A stretch of DNA of 64,000 nt from Eledone cirrhosa (Eukaryota), in assembly GCA_964016885.1 (NCBI GenBank), contig OZ024740.1, positions 434,000,001 through 434,064,000 of the forward strand, given 5' to 3'. A model generated the notes under the pieces. The model made no database searches and was not told the DNA's origin. It saw nothing but the letters and a program-made list of their open reading frames with translations. Below, in pieces: positions 59,921-64,000 of the stretch (the first letter of the stretch is position 1; every line of letters starts with the position of its first letter). The position numbers and the translations under genes are program-made.

Positions 59921-61810
59921 ATGTCTTGTGTGTGTGTGTCTTTATGATAACCATAGAATGTCGTGTGTGTGTCTTTATGATAACCATAGAATGTCGTGTG
60001 TGTGTCTTTATGATAACCATAGAATGTCGTGTGTGTGTCTTTATGATAACCATAGAATGTCGTGTGTGTGTCTTTATGATAACCATAGAATGTCGTGTGT
60101 GTGTCTTTATGATAACCATAGAATGTCGTGTGTGTGTCTTTATGATAACCATAGAATGTCGTGTGTGTGTCTTTATGATAACCATAGAATGTCGTGTGTG
60201 TGTCTTTATGATAACCATAGAATGTCGTGTGTGTGTGTGTCTTTATGATAACCATAGAATGTTGTGTGTGTGTGTGTCTTTATGATAACCATAGAATGTC
60301 GTGTGTGTGTGTCTTTATGATAACCATAGAATGTCGTGTGTGTGTGTCTTTATGATAACCATAGAATGTCGTGTGTGTGTGTCTTTATGATAACCATAGA
60401 ATGTCTTGTGTGTGTGTCTTTATGATAACAATCGAATATCGTGTGTGTGTCTTTATGATAACAATCGAATATCGTGTGTGTGTGTGTGTGTCTTTATAAT
60501 AACCATAGAATGTTGTGTGTGTGTCTTTATGATAACCATAGAATGTCGTGTGTGTGTGTGTGTGTGTGTGTGTGTCTTTATGATAACCATAGAATGTCGT
60601 GTGTGTGTGTGTGTGTGTGTCTTTATGATAACCATAGAATGTCGTGTGTGTGTGTGTGTGTGTGTCTTTATGATAACCATAGAATGTCGTGTGTGTGTGT
60701 GTGTCTTTATGATAACCATAGAATGTCGTGTGTGTGTGTGTCTTTATGATAACCATAGAATGTCGTGTGTGTGTGTGTCTTTATGATAACCATAGAATGT
60801 CGTGTGTGTGTGTCTTTATGATAACCATAGAATGTCTTGTGTGTGTGTCTTTATGATAACAATCGAATATCGTGTGTGTGTGTGTCTTTATAATAACCAT
60901 AGAATGTTGTGTGTGTGTCTTTATGATAACCATAGAATGTCGTGTGTGTGTGTGTGTGTGTGTCTTTATGATAACCATAGAATGTCGTGTGTGTGTGTGT
61001 GTCTTTATGATAACCATAGAATGTCGTGTGTGTGTGTGTGTGTCTTTATGATAACCATAGAATGTCGTGTGTGTGTGTGTGTGTCTTTATGATAACCATA
61101 GAATGTCGTGTGTGTGTGTCTTTATGATAACCATAGAATGTCGTGTGTGTGTGTCTTTATGATAACCATAGAATGTCGTGTGTGTGTGTCTTTATGATAA
61201 CCATAGAATGTCGTGTGTGTGTGTGTGTGTCTTTATGATAACCATAGAATGTCGTGTGTGTGTGTGTGTGTCTTTATGATAACCATAGAATGTCGTGTGT
61301 GTGTGTGTGTGTGTCTTTATGATAACCATAGAATGTTGTGTGTGTGTGTGTGTCTTTATGATAACCATAGAATGTTGTGTGTGTGTGTCTTTATGATAAC
61401 CATAGAATGTCGTGTGTGTGTGTGCGTGTCTTTATGATAACCATAGAATGTCGTGTGTGTGTGTGTGCGTGTCTTTATGATAACCATAGAATGTCGTGTG
61501 TGTGCGTGTCTTTATGATAACCATAGAATGTCGTGTGTGTGTGTGCGTGTCTTTATGATAACCATAGAATGTCGTGTGTGTGTGTGTGTGTCTTTATGAT
61601 AACCATAGAATGTCGTGTGTGTGTGTGTGTCTTTATGATAACCATAGAATGTTGTGTGTGTGTCTTTATGATAACCATAGAATGTCTTGTGTGTGTGTGT
61701 CTTTATGATAATAGAATGTCTTGTGTGTGTGTGTCTTTATGATAACAATAGAATGTCTTGTGTGTGTGTGTCTTTATGATAACAATAGAATGTCTTGTGT
61801 GTGTGTGTCT
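59921..61810. repeat. Compound satellite: constant CTTTATGATAACCATAGAATGTC core separated by variable (GT)n
   Basis: Direct; roughly 50 units. Confidence 0.95.
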
Positions 61811-62439
61811 CTCTTGCAAGTAAAAGTCAAGCAACAAACTTATATTACGTTTCTTTATAGTTTCCATTTCATATTAGATAAGTTAAAGTTAGGAAATATA
61901 ATATAAAAACTAAGCACAGTGGCATTTCCATATTTTCTTGTGTTCTATATAAACTGCTTTTTATCTCATAAACTAGAATTTTACATATCTTCATTAAAAT
62001 GTGTTGATGTTGGTTTGTCCAAAGACAGCCACTTCAACCATAGTCATCAGTCTTTGCCTATTTCTTAGGATTGACTATCCCATGCTGGACTGCCATTGGC
62101 ATGGAACCCTTTAGCACTTCGGTCTTCAAAGGTCATGTTTGAATAATTACTATGACCACTGAGATAATTTTACCTTATGTGAGTTTTTGTGGGAGTTAAT
62201 AATGTACTCAGGTGCACTACAACTCATCAAAGGTGCATGTATATAGTACATAGAATATTGGGTGGTGATGGTCATTGCCCTTAATTTGAAAACCCACATA
62301 TTTTACATTACTCACGTGAAGAGCTATTTTTTAATATATTTCATCAATCTTTAGAATTGAACCAGTTTAATATCTTTCACTTCTAATGTCTTACCTAGTC
62401 ATAAATCTTGGTTAAAGACTGAAAGAATCTGATCATGGA

Positions 62440-62800
62440 TACAAGCAGCTGAAATGGGGTTTCTCCAAAGGGTGTTGGAGTAACGTTACTCGATAGTATG
62501 TAGCTCAGAGATTAGTGTGTCACTCCAGGTAGAGCTGCTACTTCTCCGAATTGAGAGATCATAGCTCTGGATATTTGGTTAGAATGTCTCAGGAAAGAAT
62601 CGCTGAACAGATGTTATGGGCAAAACCAACCAGTAAGAGACCCTGAACAAGATGATTGTATAACATCAATGAACTGGCTGGCCTCGCTTGGGGATCTAGC
62701 CAGATCAGTTGGAGCTGGTTGCTTCTGACAGGACCTGCTGGAAGGAGTGACTGAGGACTCTGTCTCCAGAACCCTCTCAGGAATAAGTGGGAGATGGAGA
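62440..62800 (+). mobile_element. RTE-like 3' fragment (R2)
   Basis: GCAGCTGAAATGGGG (AAEMG)…CACTCCAGGTAGAG…CAGGAATAAGTGGG. Confidence 0.75.
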
Positions 62801-63124
62801 AGAGACTTCTAATGTCTTCTAATTCATATCCTGACAATTAAAAGATAACTTTTTCCTAACTTTAATGAAAGGAAGTCAGAGAGGAATTAACTGGTGTCAT
62901 AGCAATGTTAAACAAATCAATCCAAAGACAGTCTTTATGATATGACATGTCTAATGAGGAATGATGAATATGATATATTATTCTCTTGAGGCCTCCAACT
63001 CTTTACTTCTTTCCTATTTCTGTCAGTTTTATATGGTTGTTACAATAAATATCCAACAGTTCATAGGCCGTGTTATATATAAACTACAACAGTGACATCT
63101 ACTGGTACTTCTGTTTCATTGGTT

Positions 63125-63165
63125 GTTTACTACAACTCATTCAGCCTGAATGAGTTGTAGTAAAC
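63125..63165. other. Perfect palindrome, 20-bp arms, 1-nt spacer
   Basis: GTTTACTACAACTCATTCAG C CTGAATGAGTTGTAGTAAAC. Confidence 0.95.
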
Positions 63166-63342
63166 TGATTTTACGCACACGCACATGTAAGTACCAGTCT
63201 AGTTCTGGGGGTGATTCTTCCTCTACGTTTCTTTCTCATTTCCTTTCTCTTCTCTCACTCTGTTCTTCTCTGGAAGAAATCTGCTGTATTCAGACATGGA
63301 GAGGGTTGGACTCGACCAGGTTTTTAAAAAATGCCCTAGAAA

Positions 63343-64000
63343 CACTGTATTGACATACAGTGGCACTGTATGTCAATACAGTGGCACTGTATGTCAATAC
63401 AGTGGCACTGTATGTCAATACAGTGGCACTGTATGTCAATACAGTGGCACTGTATGTCAATACAGTGGCACTGTATGTCAATACAGTGGCGCTGTATGTC
63501 AATACAGTGGCACTGTATGTCAATACAGTGGCACTGTATGTCAATACAGTGGCACTGTATGTCAATACAGTGGCACTGTATGTCAATACAGTGGCGCTGT
63601 ATGTCAATACAGTGGCGCTGTATGTCAATACAGTGGCGCTGTATGTCAATGCAGTGGCGCTGTATGTCAATGCAGTGCCACTGTATGTCAATACAGTGGC
63701 GCTGTATGTCAATGCAGTGGCACTGTATGTCAATACAGTGGCACTGATGTCAATGCAGTGGCACTGTATGTCAATGCAGTGGCGCTGTATGTCAATGCAG
63801 TGGCGCTGTATGTCAATGCAGTGGCGCTGTATGTCAATGCAGTGGCGCTGTATGTCAATGCAGTGGCGCTGTATGTCAATGCAGTGGCGCTGTGTGTCAA
63901 TGCAGTGGCGCTGTATGTCAATGCAGTGGCACTGTATGTCAATGCAGTGCCACTGTATGTCAATGCAGTGCCACTGTATGTCAATGCAGTGGCACTGTAT
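63343..64000. repeat. 21-bp hairpin minisatellite, ~31 copies in window, runs off the right edge
   Basis: Unit CACTGTAT GTCA ATACAGTG G. Confidence 0.97.

Noticed and set aside
59921-61810. CRISPR-like repeat-spacer organisation
   Set aside because: Spacers are (GT)n, not unique sequence; no cas genes; eukaryotic context.

Overview
Eukaryotic, AT-rich, repeat-dense DNA with no confidently identifiable host protein-coding gene. The SINE, RTE and MITE families look like those I associate with cephalopod (Octopus-like) genomes; this is an inference, not a database result. Nearly every long ORF in the track is either retrotransposon-derived or an artefact of tandem repeats. Main structures: (1) A ~17 kb head-to-tail array (20.8-37.8 kb, all minus strand) of five Tx1/L1-group non-LTR retrotransposons, one full-length and four 5'-truncated. 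Every junction is a (GATA)n tract, suggesting a microsatellite-targeting family that re-inserts into its own target. (2) About a dozen independent minisatellite arrays (periods 21-83 bp). Several were visibly amplified from transposon pieces (SINE head twice, hAT terminus, RTE ORF, LINE endonuclease), and several abut perfect fold-back or inverted copies. (3) An RTE LINE with a PHD-type finger inside its RT region, a CR1-like LINE, a non-autonomous Helitron, TTAA (piggyBac-type) MITEs and many tRNA-derived SINEs. (4) Three hammerhead-ribozyme-like motifs. Coordinates were read by eye and may be off by a few bases at degenerate boundaries.
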